A stretch of 64,000 nt of DNA from an uncultured Chloroflexia bacterium (GTDB lineage: Bacteria; Chloroflexota; Limnocylindria; Limnocylindrales; CSP1-4): NCBI GenBank assembly GCA_963813535.1, contig CAWEZH010000002.1, positions 256,001 through 320,000 on the forward strand, read 5' to 3'. A program made the translations under genes and the position numbers. This document shows positions 53,526-63,482 of this stretch, piece by piece (the stretch's first letter is position 1; every line of letters starts with the position of its first letter). The notes under the pieces were generated by a model, which saw only the letters and a list, made by a program, of their open reading frames with translations, was not told the DNA's origin and made no database searches.

Positions 53526-54561
53526 ATGGCCCACCGCGTCACCCTGATCCCCGGCGACGGTATCGGACCGGAGCTGGCGGAGGCATCACGCCGCGTCCTC
53601 GACGCGACCGGCGTGGCGTTCGAGTGGGAGGTCGTCGACGCCGGCGAGGGGGTGATGGCCGAGTACGGGACACCGCTCCCGGATCACGTCCTCGAATTCG
53701 ATCAAGCGCAACAAGGTCGCGCTGAAGGGGCCGATCACGACCCCGGTCGGCGAGGGGTTCCGCAGCGTCAATGTCACGCTCCGCCAGGCGCTCGGGCTGT
53801 ACGCGAACCTGCGGCCGGCACGGAGCATCAAGGGTCTCGAGACGCGCTACGAGGACGTCGACCTCGTGATCGTCCGCGAGAACACGGAGGACCTGTACGC
53901 CGGCATCGAGCACCGGGTCGGCCCCGACGCGGCGGAGAGCATCAAGATCATCACCCGGGCGGCATCCGAGCGGATCGCCCGGTTCGCGTTCGACTATGCC
54001 GTCGCCAACGGCCGGCGCAAGGTCACGGCCGTCCACAAGGCCAACATCATGAAGCTGTCGGACGGCCTGTTCCTAGAGAGCTGCCGGACGGTGGCGGCCG
54101 ACTACGAAGGACGCGTCGAATTCGAGGACCGCATCGTCGACAACATGTGCATGCAGCTCGTGCAGAAGCCCGAGCTGTATGACGTGTTGGTCCTGCCGAA
54201 CCTGTATGGCGACATCGTGTCCGACCTCGCCGCCGGGCTCGTGGGCGGGCTCGGCGTGGCCCCTGGAGCGAACATCGGTACCGAAGCGGCCGTCTTCGAG
54301 CCGGTCCACGGCTCGGCCCCCAAGTACGCCGGCCTGAACAAGGCGAACCCGACGGCGCTGATCCTGAGCGGCGCGCTGATGCTGCGCCACCTCGGCTATC
54401 CCGGGGAAGCGGATCGCCTCGAGACGGCCGTTCGAGAGGTCATCTCCGAAGGGACCACGACCAATGACCTGGGCGGTTCGGTCGGGACGTCCGAGTTCGC
54501 CGACGCGATCATCGGGCGCCTGTCGTCGCAGGTCGGTGCCCCGGCCAGCGTCGTCCGATGA
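53526..54561 (+). CDS. Isocitrate dehydrogenase (IDH/IPMDH family) with an apparent +1 frameshift at ~53697
   Basis: IPGDGIGPE; removing one T restores [26 protein letters not shown]; then [30 protein letters not shown]. Confidence 0.85.
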
Positions 54562-55364
54562 CCGGGTTCACCGGCAGCATCCGGCTGCCGCGCAAGCCGG
54601 CCGGCACGGCGTCCAACGGCTTCGGGGTCACCCGCCGGCGCGACCGTTGGTGGACCGCGCCGGTCGTCCAGGGAACGGTGTTCACGATCTGTGCGACGTA
54701 CCTGTTCTTCAGTGGCATCATCTGGACCCCGCTCTTCGGCACGGCCTATCTGGTCGACGGCTACCTGTCGCCGCTGTTCTCGCCCTTGATCAGACCCGAT
54801 TGGCTGCCGACCTGGATCAGTCCCGGGCTCTTCATCCTGTGGATCCCGCTCGGGTTCCGGGCGACCTGCTACTACTACCGCAAGGCGTACTACCGCTTCT
54901 ATTTCGCCGACCCGCCGGGTTGCGCCGTCGGCGAGCCGACGATGCATCGGGGCTACTCGATGGAGACGGCCTTCCCGTTCATCCTCCAGAACCTCCATCG
55001 CTACTTCCTGTACCTGGCGTTCATCCCGCTGTTCTTCCTGTGGCTGGACGCCTGGCTGGCGATCACCCACGAGGGCACCGTCCGGCTCGGCGTGGCCGGC
55101 GCGATCCTCGTCGTGAACGCGTTCTTCCTGACCGGCTATTCGCTGTCGTGCCATTCGCTGCGCCACCTCATGGGCGGCAGGCTCGACTGCTTCTCGTGTT
55201 CGCGGCGCGCGCAGGTCCGCTACTCGCTCTGGCAGCGGCTGACGTCCCTGAACCGGAACCACATGCAGTGGGCGTGGATCAGCCTGATCACCGTGACCGC
55301 GTCCGACCTGTACATCCGGCTCATGGCGCTCGGCATGATCAGCGACCCACACATCCGCTTCTGA
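54558..55364 (+). CDS. Membrane anchor of an Sdh1-type succinate dehydrogenase
   Basis: [32 protein letters not shown]; directly upstream of sdhA and sdhB. Confidence 0.85.
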   Translation: MTGFTGSIRLPRKPAGTASNGFGVTRRRDRWWTAPVVQGTVFTICATYLFFSGIIWTPLFGTAYLVDGYLSPLFSPLIRPDWLPTWISPGLFILWIPLGFRATCYYYRKAYYRFYFADPPGCAVGEPTMHRGYSMETAFPFILQNLHRYFLYLAFIPLFFLWLDAWLAITHEGTVRLGVAGAILVVNAFFLTGYSLSCHSLRHLMGGRLDCFSCSRRAQVRYSLWQRLTSLNRNHMQWAWISLITVTASDLYIRLMALGMISDPHIRF

Positions 55365-55382
55365 ACGTCCGCCCCACCTGTC

Positions 55383-57206
55383 ATGACCTCACCGACCGAC
55401 CCGCAGACCCGCCCGTATGACGTGCTCGTCATCGGCGCCGGCGGAGCGGGTCTCCGCGCGGCGATCGCCGCTCAAGCGGCGGGTGCCGATGTGGGCCTGG
55501 TATGCAAGTCCCTCCTCGGCAAGGCCCACACGGTCATGGCCGAAGGCGGGGTCGCCGCGGCGCTCACCCACGTGTCGCCCGACGATGACTGGCAGGTGCA
55601 TTTCCGCGACACGATGGTGGGCGGCAAATACCTGAACAACCCGCGGATGGCGCAGCTCCACGCCATCGAGTCGCCCGCCCGTGTGCGCGAGCTCGAGGCC
55701 TGGGGCGCCGTGTTCGACCGGACGCGCGATGGCCGCATCCTCCAGCGTCCGTTCGGAGGCCATTCGCATGCGCGCCTTGCCCACGTCGGCGACCGGACCG
55801 GGCTCGAGATGATCCGGACCCTCCAGGACCGCGTCGTGGCCGCCGGCATCGACGTGTATATGGAGTGCACGATCACCCGGCTCACGACCAGCAGCGCCGG
55901 CGTGACAGGAGCGGTCGGCTACTGGCGGACGACGGGCCGCCCGGTCGTCTTCCCGGCCCGGTCGATCATCCTCGCGACGGGCGGCATCGGTCGCGCCTAC
56001 GAGGTCACCTCGAACTCCTGGGAGTACAGCGGTGACGGCCAGTCATTGGCGTACGAGGCCGGTGCCGAGCTCATCGACATGGAGTTCGTCCAGTTCCACC
56101 CGACCGGCATGGTCTGGCCGCCGGGTGTCCGCGGCCTGCTCGTGACCGAGGCGGTGCGCGGTGAGGGCGGGATCCTGCGCAATGCCGCCGGCGAACGTTT
56201 CATGTGGACGTACCTGCCGGAAGAGCGTCGACGCGAGTACGCGGCCGACGACGCCGAGGCCGCCCGCTGGGTGACGGCGCTGTCGGAAGGCAAACAGACC
56301 GACGCTCGCCGGCCGCCCGAGCTGTCGACCCGGGACAACGTGTCGCGGGCGATCTACACGGAGGTCAAGGAAGGCCGCGGATCGCCGCACGGCGGTGTCT
56401 TCCTCGACATCAGCTACTTGCCCGCCGACCACGTCCGGCGCAAGTTGCCGTCGATGTACGAGCAGTTCAAGGAACTCGCGGACGTCGATATCACGGCAGG
56501 CCCGATGGAGGTCGGGCCGACGACCCACTACGTGATGGGCGGCATCCGCGTCGAGGCCGAGGATGGGGCGACACGGGTCGCGGGTCTGTTCGCGGCGGGC
56601 GAGGTCGCCGGTGGGATGCACGGCGCCAACCGGCTCGGTGGCAACTCGCTGTCGGACCTGCTGGTCTTCGGCGCGCGGACCGGCCTCGGAGCCACTGCCC
56701 ACGCGCGGACGATCGAGGGCCAGCCGCATATCGACCCGGTCCAGGTGATGGCCGCGTTGCGGGAGCTGGACGGCCCACTGGAGCGGACATCCGGCGAGGA
56801 CCCGTACGCGATCCACCGTGACCTCCAGGCGGTCATGCAGCAACGTGTCGGCATCTTCCGGATCGAGGAGGACCTCGAGGCAGCGCTGACCGAGCTGGCC
56901 GAGTTGCGCCGCCGCTGGTCGATGATCTGTGTCGACGGGGGGCGCGCCTACAACCCGGGCTGGAACCTCGTCTTCGAATTGGGCAACCTATTGACCGTAT
57001 CCGAGGCGATCGCGCGCAGCGCTCGCCAGCGCACGGAGAGTCGAGGCGCTCACAGTCGCCTCGATTACCCCGAGACCGACGACGAGCAGTGGGGCCACCG
57101 CAACAACACGGTCGCCAGGGAGGAGGACGGCACGATGGTCGCCTACACGACGCCGCTCCCGGAGATGGACGACGAGCTCCGGGTCCTGCTCGCGGCCGAC
57201 CATTGA
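55383..57206 (+). CDS. sdhA: Succinate dehydrogenase/fumarate reductase flavoprotein
   Basis: GAGGAG, AHTVMAEGG, QFHPT, HYVMGG, HGANRLGGNSL, ESRGAH. Confidence 0.95.
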   Translation: MTSPTDPQTRPYDVLVIGAGGAGLRAAIAAQAAGADVGLVCKSLLGKAHTVMAEGGVAAALTHVSPDDDWQVHFRDTMVGGKYLNNPRMAQLHAIESPARVRELEAWGAVFDRTRDGRILQRPFGGHSHARLAHVGDRTGLEMIRTLQDRVVAAGIDVYMECTITRLTTSSAGVTGAVGYWRTTGRPVVFPARSIILATGGIGRAYEVTSNSWEYSGDGQSLAYEAGAELIDMEFVQFHPTGMVWPPGVRGLLVTEAVRGEGGILRNAAGERFMWTYLPEERRREYAADDAEAARWVTALSEGKQTDARRPPELSTRDNVSRAIYTEVKEGRGSPHGGVFLDISYLPADHVRRKLPSMYEQFKELADVDITAGPMEVGPTTHYVMGGIRVEAEDGATRVAGLFAAGEVAGGMHGANRLGGNSLSDLLVFGARTGLGATAHARTIEGQPHIDPVQVMAALRELDGPLERTSGEDPYAIHRDLQAVMQQRVGIFRIEEDLEAALTELAELRRRWSMICVDGGRAYNPGWNLVFELGNLLTVSEAIARSARQRTESRGAHSRLDYPETDDEQWGHRNNTVAREEDGTMVAYTTPLPEMDDELRVLLAADH

Positions 57207-57220
57207 GTACGGAGGCACGT

Positions 57221-58069
57221 ATGACCGAGGCAGCCACGACCGAGCCGGCGGCGTCGGACGCGAAGCTCCGGGTGTTCCGCGGCTCGCCCGGGACCGAGTC
57301 GCGTTTCGATGAGTTCGACGTGCCAGTCGAGTCCGGGATGGTGGTGCTCGATGCGCTGCATTGGATCCAGGGCCACGTCGCGCCGGATCTCGCCGTGCGG
57401 TGGAACTGCAAGGCGGCCAAATGCGGTTCGTGCGGCGCCGAGGTCAACGGCCGCCCGAGCCTGACGTGCAAGACGCGCCTGTCCGACTTCGAGCCCGACG
57501 AGCCGATCACCGTCGAGCCGATGCGCGCCTTCCCGCTGATCAAGGACCTCGTCACCGACGTCTCGTGGAACTACGAGGTCAACAAGACGATCGAGCCGTT
57601 CACGCCGCCGGCCGACGTGCCGCAGGAGGACTGGCGCTGGCAGCAGCAGGACATCGAGCGCGTGCAGGAGTTCCGCAAGTGCATCGAGTGCTTCCTGTGC
57701 CAGGACGTCTGCCATGTCCTGCGCAACCACGAGACCAAGCGGCCGTTCATGGGGCCGCGCTACATCGTCCGGGCGGCCGGGCTCGAGCTCCATCCGATCG
57801 ACCAGGCCGACCGGCGCGAGTACCTCAAGGACAGTGGTGGGATCGGCTATTGCAACATCACCAAGTGCTGCACCGAGGTCTGTCCGGAGCACATCAAGAT
57901 CACGGATAACGCGATCATCCCGTTGAAGGAGCGCGTCGCCGACGAGTTCTACGACCCGCTGCACTGGGCGTGGCGCAAGCTGCGCGGGCAGGGATCGGAG
58001 TCCGGCACGCGGGTCGAGCTGCCTGTGCTGCAGGGCCAGCCCCAGCCCCCCGACCAGTCACCCGATTGA
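57221..58069 (+). CDS. sdhB: Succinate dehydrogenase/fumarate reductase iron-sulfur subunit
   Basis: CKAAKCGSC, CIECFLCQDVC, CNITKCCTEVCP. Confidence 0.95.
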   Translation: MTEAATTEPAASDAKLRVFRGSPGTESRFDEFDVPVESGMVVLDALHWIQGHVAPDLAVRWNCKAAKCGSCGAEVNGRPSLTCKTRLSDFEPDEPITVEPMRAFPLIKDLVTDVSWNYEVNKTIEPFTPPADVPQEDWRWQQQDIERVQEFRKCIECFLCQDVCHVLRNHETKRPFMGPRYIVRAAGLELHPIDQADRREYLKDSGGIGYCNITKCCTEVCPEHIKITDNAIIPLKERVADEFYDPLHWAWRKLRGQGSESGTRVELPVLQGQPQPPDQSPD

Positions 58070-58079
58070 CGATCGTGGC

Positions 58080-58571
58080 GTGAACCCGGCGCCCGCGCGG
58101 GAAGGACCCGTCTACATCGTCCGCACTGACGGGGCGGCGCGGGGCAACCCGGGTCCGGCCTCCGCCGGTGCCGCCCTGTTCCGAGCCGACCGGGCGGACG
58201 CCCGCGATCCGCGGGCGACCCCGGACGCCTCCATCTCCGACTACCTGGGCGTCCAGACCAACAACGTCGCCGAGTACACGGGCGTCGTCCGGGCACTCGA
58301 CCTGGCGCGTGAGCTCGGCGCCATCGAAGTGCACCTGCTGCTCGACTCGAAGCTGATCGTCGAGCAGCTCGCCGGGCGCTGGCGGGTCAAGGACGCGAAG
58401 CTGATCCCCTTGTGGGCGGCCGCGCGCGCGACCCTCAACGGGTTCACGCGCTGGACGGCGACCCACGTCCCGCGTGCCCAGAACGGCGTCGCGGACGCGC
58501 TTGCGAACGAGGCCATCGATCGTGCCCACGCGGGCGGTGCCGCATCGGTGGTCCGCCGACCCGACGGCTGA
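58080..58571 (+). CDS. Ribonuclease HI family protein
   Basis: DGAARGNPG, TNNVAEY, DSKL, N..ADALAN. Confidence 0.9.
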   Translation: MNPAPAREGPVYIVRTDGAARGNPGPASAGAALFRADRADARDPRATPDASISDYLGVQTNNVAEYTGVVRALDLARELGAIEVHLLLDSKLIVEQLAGRWRVKDAKLIPLWAAARATLNGFTRWTATHVPRAQNGVADALANEAIDRAHAGGAASVVRRPDG

Positions 58572-59596
58572 TGCGGGACCCCGGCCGGCGCCCGCCGGGC
58601 GTCTGGCCGCGCGACCGCCCCGTGCGCTGGGCGGGCGTGGCGGGGAACATGGGCTGGTTCGTGATCGGAACGGTCGCGGCAGCCTTCCAGATCGCCCTCG
58701 CCATCCCGGTCCTCGCCGTCGGACACGGTTGGCTCGGCGTCGCCCTGGCCCTCATCTGGGGTGCCGCGACGCTGTTCGCTGCCTGGGCGTGGCTCTTCGG
58801 CAAGTGGCGGATCCTGATCGCCCCGATCCTTACCCTGATCGCCATCCTCGTCGTTCGGCAGGTCGGCGGGCCGCCGCCACCGCCGGTGGCGGGTCCGTTC
58901 TTGACCGACAACCCGGCTGGTGTCGTCGAGGGCGTCGCCTACCGACCGGCGATCGATCCCGCCGCGTTCTCGACGGATATCACCAACCGTTTCATGCCGC
59001 TGGTGCCGGGAACATCCCTCACCTACATCGGCGACGGCGAACGCGTCGTCGTGACCGTCACCGGCCGCACTCGAACGGTCATGGGGATCGAGACGGTGGT
59101 CGTGCGCGACAGCGTCTATGTCGGCACATCGCTCATCGAGGACACCGAGGACTGGTTCGCCCAGGACGATGCGGGGAACGTCTGGTATTTCGGCGAGGAC
59201 ACGGCGGAGTGCCGCGGTGGCGCGGTGGTCAGTCACTCGGGCGCCTGGGAGGCAGGGGTCGACGGGGCGCAGCCCGGCATCGTCATGCTCGGTCGGCCCC
59301 GTGTGGGTGACTACTACCGCCAGGAGGCGTACCCGGGCCACGCCGAGGATGTCGCCCGGGTCCGCGAGCTCGGTGCGCGCGTCGTCCACCCGCAACGAAC
59401 CTACGACGAGGTCCTGGTCACCGAGGACTTCACGCCTCTCGAGCCCGGGCACCTCGAGCACAAGTCCTACGCACCGGATGTCGGCCTGATCGAAGCCAGT
59501 TCGCCGGCCGACCAGGGCGATGCGCAGCGGCTGGTCGAGGTCACCGTCAGCCCCGAACCGGCCACATCGGGCGTCGAGGCGCTCTGCCAAGGGTAG
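58571..59596 (+). CDS. Hypothetical protein: three N-terminal TM helices plus a beta-rich extracellular domain
   Basis: ITNRFMPLVPG, DWFAQD..GNVWYFGE, WEAGVDGA.PG, YAPDVG. Confidence 0.65.
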   Translation: MRDPGRRPPGVWPRDRPVRWAGVAGNMGWFVIGTVAAAFQIALAIPVLAVGHGWLGVALALIWGAATLFAAWAWLFGKWRILIAPILTLIAILVVRQVGGPPPPPVAGPFLTDNPAGVVEGVAYRPAIDPAAFSTDITNRFMPLVPGTSLTYIGDGERVVVTVTGRTRTVMGIETVVVRDSVYVGTSLIEDTEDWFAQDDAGNVWYFGEDTAECRGGAVVSHSGAWEAGVDGAQPGIVMLGRPRVGDYYRQEAYPGHAEDVARVRELGARVVHPQRTYDEVLVTEDFTPLEPGHLEHKSYAPDVGLIEASSPADQGDAQRLVEVTVSPEPATSGVEALCQG

Positions 59597-59605
59597 AATC
59601 AACCG

Positions 59606-59985
59606 GTCAGCGAGGCGGTCGGATGGTCGCGCGGCATCGAGCGGGGTGACCTGCCGGCATGCCGTGAGGAAAGTCCGAGCTCCCCAGCGCAGGGTGGCGG
59701 GTAATACCCGTCCGTCGCGAGACGAGGACTAGTGCCACAGTGACGATGCCGTCGTTCGACTTCGGTCGGAGGACGGAGTGAAACGGGCAAACTCCACCTG
59801 GAGCAAGGCCAAATAGGAGGGCGCAACCCGCGCCGGGAAACCGGCCGGGGGAGAGGCGCGCTGCCCAGCCCTCGGGTCGGCCGCATGAGCCGTCGGGCGA
59901 CCGGCGGCCTCAGATGGATGGCCATCGCCAACGGCGCTGAGGCGCCGATGGCACAGAACTCGGCTTACAGACCGCCCTCGCTGAC
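59606..59985 (+). ncRNA. rnpB: RNase P RNA
   Basis: GAGGAAAGTCC, AGTGCCACAG, GTGAAAC, ACAGAACTCGGCTTA; the ends pair (GTCAGCGAGG / CCTCGCTGAC); -10 TAGAAT at 59594. Confidence 0.96.
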
Positions 59986-59992
59986 GCACGAA

Positions 59993-60026
59993 AACCTCGG
60001 GCCGATGGCAACCTCGGGCCGATGGC
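59993..60026 (+). repeat. 17-bp tandem duplication
   Basis: AACCTCGGGCCGATGGC x2. Confidence 0.8.
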
Positions 60027-60092
60027 GTCGGAGGACCTCCGCCTCGGGCCTCGGTGCGCGAGTGTCAGCTGCGAGCTGAGGGTGCCAGGTCC

Positions 60093-60335
60093 CTAGTCTT
60101 CGTCGGGACGGAAGATGTGGGGCGCCGTGCAGGCATTGCAGATCGGCATGGCCGATTCGAGATCGCCGAGCGGGATCGGGATCTTCCGGTCGGGGAACAG
60201 GCACTCCACGTCATAGATCCGGTCGGAACCCGCCTCGACATCGATCAGGCGCCGGAACGTGCAGCGCTTGATGCGGTGCGGCGCCAGGTGATAGGCGTCG
60301 GGCTGGGGCGGGATGACGGGGAGAGGGAGTGCCAT
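60093..60335 (-). CDS. Small four-Cys hypothetical protein
   Basis: 80 aa; GAGGA RBS; C-x19-C-x20-CxxC. Confidence 0.65.
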   Translation of the reverse strand: MALPLPVIPPQPDAYHLAPHRIKRCTFRRLIDVEAGSDRIYDVECLFPDRKIPIPLGDLESAMPICNACTAPHIFRPDED

Positions 60336-60480
60336 CGGAACGTTCGGGTCCTCGCGGATGCCGGCAGAAGATGGTCACATCGACCTTGGCGCCGGAGCCT
60401 AGCACCGGCTTCTCGGCGCCGGCAAGGCGCGAAAGGTACTAGACTCCGCGCCGTCCGAGTCCACCGAAGCTGGAGGTCGC

Positions 60481-61590
60481 GTGGCCGAAGACCAGTCCCC
60501 GCCGCCCAAACCGCGCCCCCGTCGACGGCGAACGGACATCGATCCGAACGCCCCAACCCCGCCCGTCGCGCACGAGCGGCGTCGGAAGCGCAAGCCGGCC
60601 GCTGCCTCCGATCCGAAGGTCGACCCGGCCGTTCTTGCGGCGATGGCGGCGTCCGGACTCGACGGGCCGGCGGTCCCGGTCGAGCCCCAGAACCACGACG
60701 CCTCGGGGTTCCACGTCCCCGGCATGGTCGCGGCTGCGGCCGTGGTCGGCGCGGTCAGGTCGGATGACGACGACGACCCCGCGACAACCGACGGGGCCAC
60801 GTCCCAGGTGTACCCGGAAGCCCGCCCGACGTGGCTCGGGATGCTCGACGACCGCTCACCCGACCCCAACGTGTGCCCCTTCCTGCGCTCGGCGGGTGAG
60901 CGCGGCCTGGCATCGCCGATCGAGGCGCCCGACCAGGCCAACCGCTGCGCCGCCCTGGCCGAGGCCGTGCCGCAGTCACTGCGCCAACAGGAACTGGTCT
61001 GTCTGACCACCGGTCACGTCAATTGCCCGCGATACCTGCGCGGCGCCGCCGTGATGACCGAAACCCCGACCGTGATCGTCCGCGAGGGTCGGGCGATGTC
61101 GCGGGCCATGCTCGGCTCGTTGGTCGTGCTGATCGCGGCATTGACGGCGTCGGTCGCCTTCGTCCTTGCCCGGGGTGGAGCACTCGACATCGACGAGCTC
61201 GGGCCGCGACCTTCGTCGCCGGTGGTCGGCGTAGCATCCCCATCGGTGTCGCTCGCCCCAGCCGCGTCGCCAACGACAGTGGCCCAGGCCACGCCGTCGC
61301 CGACGCCCACGCCGACCGCCACCCCGACCCCGACGCCGACACCGACCCCCACGCCCGCACCGACACGGACACCCCGTCCGACGCCGTCGTCTGACCGGTA
61401 CCAGCTCCTGCGGGCGTGCTCGGGCACGTCGAACTGCTGGATCTACACCGTCCGACGAGGGGACAACCTCTTCAGCATCGCTCGCTACTTCGGCGTCTCC
61501 CAGGACAGCATCTACGCGCGGAATCCGTGGTTGCGGAACGGCGGGCTGCGCGCCGGACAGGATCTGCGGCTGCCGCCTCCCACGCGCTAG
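60481..61590 (+). CDS. Membrane-anchored LysM protein with a cytoplasmic Cys/His motif
   Basis: CPFL..NRC..CL..H.NCPRY, one TM helix, PT repeats, YTVRRGDNLFSIA LysM. Confidence 0.85.
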   Translation: MAEDQSPPPKPRPRRRRTDIDPNAPTPPVAHERRRKRKPAAASDPKVDPAVLAAMAASGLDGPAVPVEPQNHDASGFHVPGMVAAAAVVGAVRSDDDDDPATTDGATSQVYPEARPTWLGMLDDRSPDPNVCPFLRSAGERGLASPIEAPDQANRCAALAEAVPQSLRQQELVCLTTGHVNCPRYLRGAAVMTETPTVIVREGRAMSRAMLGSLVVLIAALTASVAFVLARGGALDIDELGPRPSSPVVGVASPSVSLAPAASPTTVAQATPSPTPTPTATPTPTPTPTPTPAPTRTPRPTPSSDRYQLLRACSGTSNCWIYTVRRGDNLFSIARYFGVSQDSIYARNPWLRNGGLRAGQDLRLPPPTR

Positions 61591-61684
61591 GCCGAGGGCC
61601 GCTCCCGCCAGGCAGCCCGAACGCCAGCCCATCGCCCGGCACCCCCACCCGCAGCCCCGCGATCCGAAAGGACCTATTTCTGCA

Positions 61685-61746
61685 TTGACGCGGGCCGAAT
61701 CACGCCCTACGATGCATCGAAGTGGTCCAAAGTGGTGGGAAGTGGG
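61685..61746 (+). promoter_or_regulatory. dcw promoter with three MraZ-type boxes
   Basis: TTGACG-17-TACGAT; AGTGG at 61721, 61731 and 61741 (10-bp period). Confidence 0.82.
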
Positions 61747-61811
61747 GAGCAGAACCGAGAGGGGCCCCAACCCCGAGGGACCAGCCGAGATAGTCCAAGG
61801 AGCCCCTACGG

Positions 61812-62240
61812 GTGTTCACCGGCGAGTACCGGCACACGGTGGACGACAAGGGACGGATCGCCGTCCCCGCGAAGTTCCGCGTCCAGTTGGGCGCGGGTGC
61901 TGTCGTGTCCCGCTGGCTCGATGCCTGTCTGGCGATCCACACGCAAGCGGGTTGGGACGCCCTCGCCGCAAAGGTCGCGGCGCTGCCCATCACCGACCAG
62001 AACGCGCGCCGCTTCCAGCGGTTGATCTTCGCGGGAGCCGCGGAGGTCGAGCTCGACCGACAGGGCCGGATCCTGCTGCCGAGTTACCTGCGCGAGCACA
62101 TCGACCTCGGCAATGACGCCGTCGTCGTCGGCTCGCGCGATCACGCCGAGATCTGGGTCCCCGCCACCTGGGCCACGTACGCCCGGGGCCTCGAGGACTC
62201 CGACGAGCTGGCCCAGGCCTTCCAGGGCCTTGGGATCTAG
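61812..62240 (+). CDS. mraZ: Transcriptional regulator MraZ
   Basis: FTGEYRHTVDDKGR and ELDRQGR (two DxxxR motifs). Confidence 0.96.
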   Translation: MFTGEYRHTVDDKGRIAVPAKFRVQLGAGAVVSRWLDACLAIHTQAGWDALAAKVAALPITDQNARRFQRLIFAGAAEVELDRQGRILLPSYLREHIDLGNDAVVVGSRDHAEIWVPATWATYARGLEDSDELAQAFQGLGI

Positions 62241-62300
62241 CTCCACCACATGCGCTTCCAGGATCCGCTCGGGATCCGATCGACGAGGAGTGGAGGACAG

Positions 62301-63248
62301 ATGGAGGTAGGGCACATCCCGGTGCTGGCAGAGGAGGTCATGTCGATGCTCGCGCCTGCCCCGGGGAACCTCCAGATCGACGCCACCCTCGGCGGCGGTG
62401 GGCACACCGAGCGGATCCTGGAGGCGACCGACCCTGATGGCCGCCTCCTCGGCCTGGATGCCGATGGGGCGGCCATCGCCAGAGTGGACGGTCGCCTCCG
62501 CCCCCGTTTCGGGGATCGACTGGTGCTGCGCCGGGCGAATTTCCGCGATCTCGCGACCGTCGCCCGCGACGCCGGGTTCGAGCAGGTCGACGGCACGCTC
62601 TTCGACCTCGGACTGTCGAGCTACCAGCTGGCCGACACCGACCGCGGCTTCGGGTTCCGCGCGGGTGGCCCGCTCGACATGCGCTTCGATACCAGCCGAG
62701 GGCTGCCGGCCTCGGAGTTGCTTGCGACGCTCGACGTCGATGAGCTCACCGCGCTGTTCCGGCGCTACGGCGAGGAACCGAAGGCGCGGCGCATCGCTCG
62801 GGCCATCGTGGACGCACGCCGCTCGACGCCGATCGCCACGGCCGAGGACCTTGCCGCGCTCGTCGAGCGCGTCGCTCCGCCGAATCCGCGCCAGCCGCGT
62901 CGGACCCATCCCGCCACTCGCGTGTTCCAGGCGCTTCGGATCGCGGTCAACGAGGAGCTGGACGCGCTCCAGGAAGGGCTGGCCACGGCGGTCGACCTGC
63001 TGCGCCCGGGCGGCCGGCTGGTCGTCCTCAGCTACCACTCCCTCGAGGACCGCATCGTCAAGCGCTTCATCGCCGCCGAGCGGCGCGGTTGCGTCTGTCC
63101 CCCCGAGCTGCCGGTCTGCGTCTGCGGCCGGAACCCCCGCCTCCGACTCCTGACCCGCCCGTCGGTGACACCGACCCGGGCCGAGGTCGAGGCCAATCCA
63201 CGCGCCCGCAGCGCTCGCCTGCGGGCCGCCGAACGACTCGCCGCCTAG
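62301..63248 (+). CDS. rsmH: 16S rRNA m4C1402 methyltransferase
   Basis: HIPVL, DATLGGGGH, DLGLSS, PLDMR, FQALRIAVN, HSLEDR, NPRARSA. Confidence 0.97.
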   Translation: MEVGHIPVLAEEVMSMLAPAPGNLQIDATLGGGGHTERILEATDPDGRLLGLDADGAAIARVDGRLRPRFGDRLVLRRANFRDLATVARDAGFEQVDGTLFDLGLSSYQLADTDRGFGFRAGGPLDMRFDTSRGLPASELLATLDVDELTALFRRYGEEPKARRIARAIVDARRSTPIATAEDLAALVERVAPPNPRQPRRTHPATRVFQALRIAVNEELDALQEGLATAVDLLRPGGRLVVLSYHSLEDRIVKRFIAAERRGCVCPPELPVCVCGRNPRLRLLTRPSVTPTRAEVEANPRARSARLRAAERLAA

Positions 63249-63281
63249 GCGCGGCATCCCCGCACGGAAGGAGGAGCCCCC

Positions 63282-63479
63282 ATGAGCAAGGGACACCACG
63301 CCAGGCGGCGCAAGTCCTACGGCCGTCGTCAGCATGAGGTCCGTGAGCGGCACGATCGCTCGCAGCACGCGGAGGCGTCCGCGATCGACCGCGACGAGTG
63401 GGGTTCGGGGGCACCGTCCGACCCGTTGTCGTTCCTCGATCCGCGCACGCCGCGTTTCCGCTTCGCGATCGGCGACTGA
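63282..63479 (+). CDS. Small protein with a basic N-terminus, inside the dcw operon
   Basis: Strong AAGGAGGAG RBS; fills the gap between rsmH and the ftsL-like gene. Confidence 0.6.
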   Translation: MSKGHHARRRKSYGRRQHEVRERHDRSQHAEASAIDRDEWGSGAPSDPLSFLDPRTPRFRFAIGD

Positions 63480-63482
63480 ACG

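Noticed and set aside
61285-61390. DNA tandem repeat or VNTR
   Set aside because: It encodes the Pro-Thr linker of the LysM protein; similar linkers occur at ~1500-1690 and ~11850-11980.
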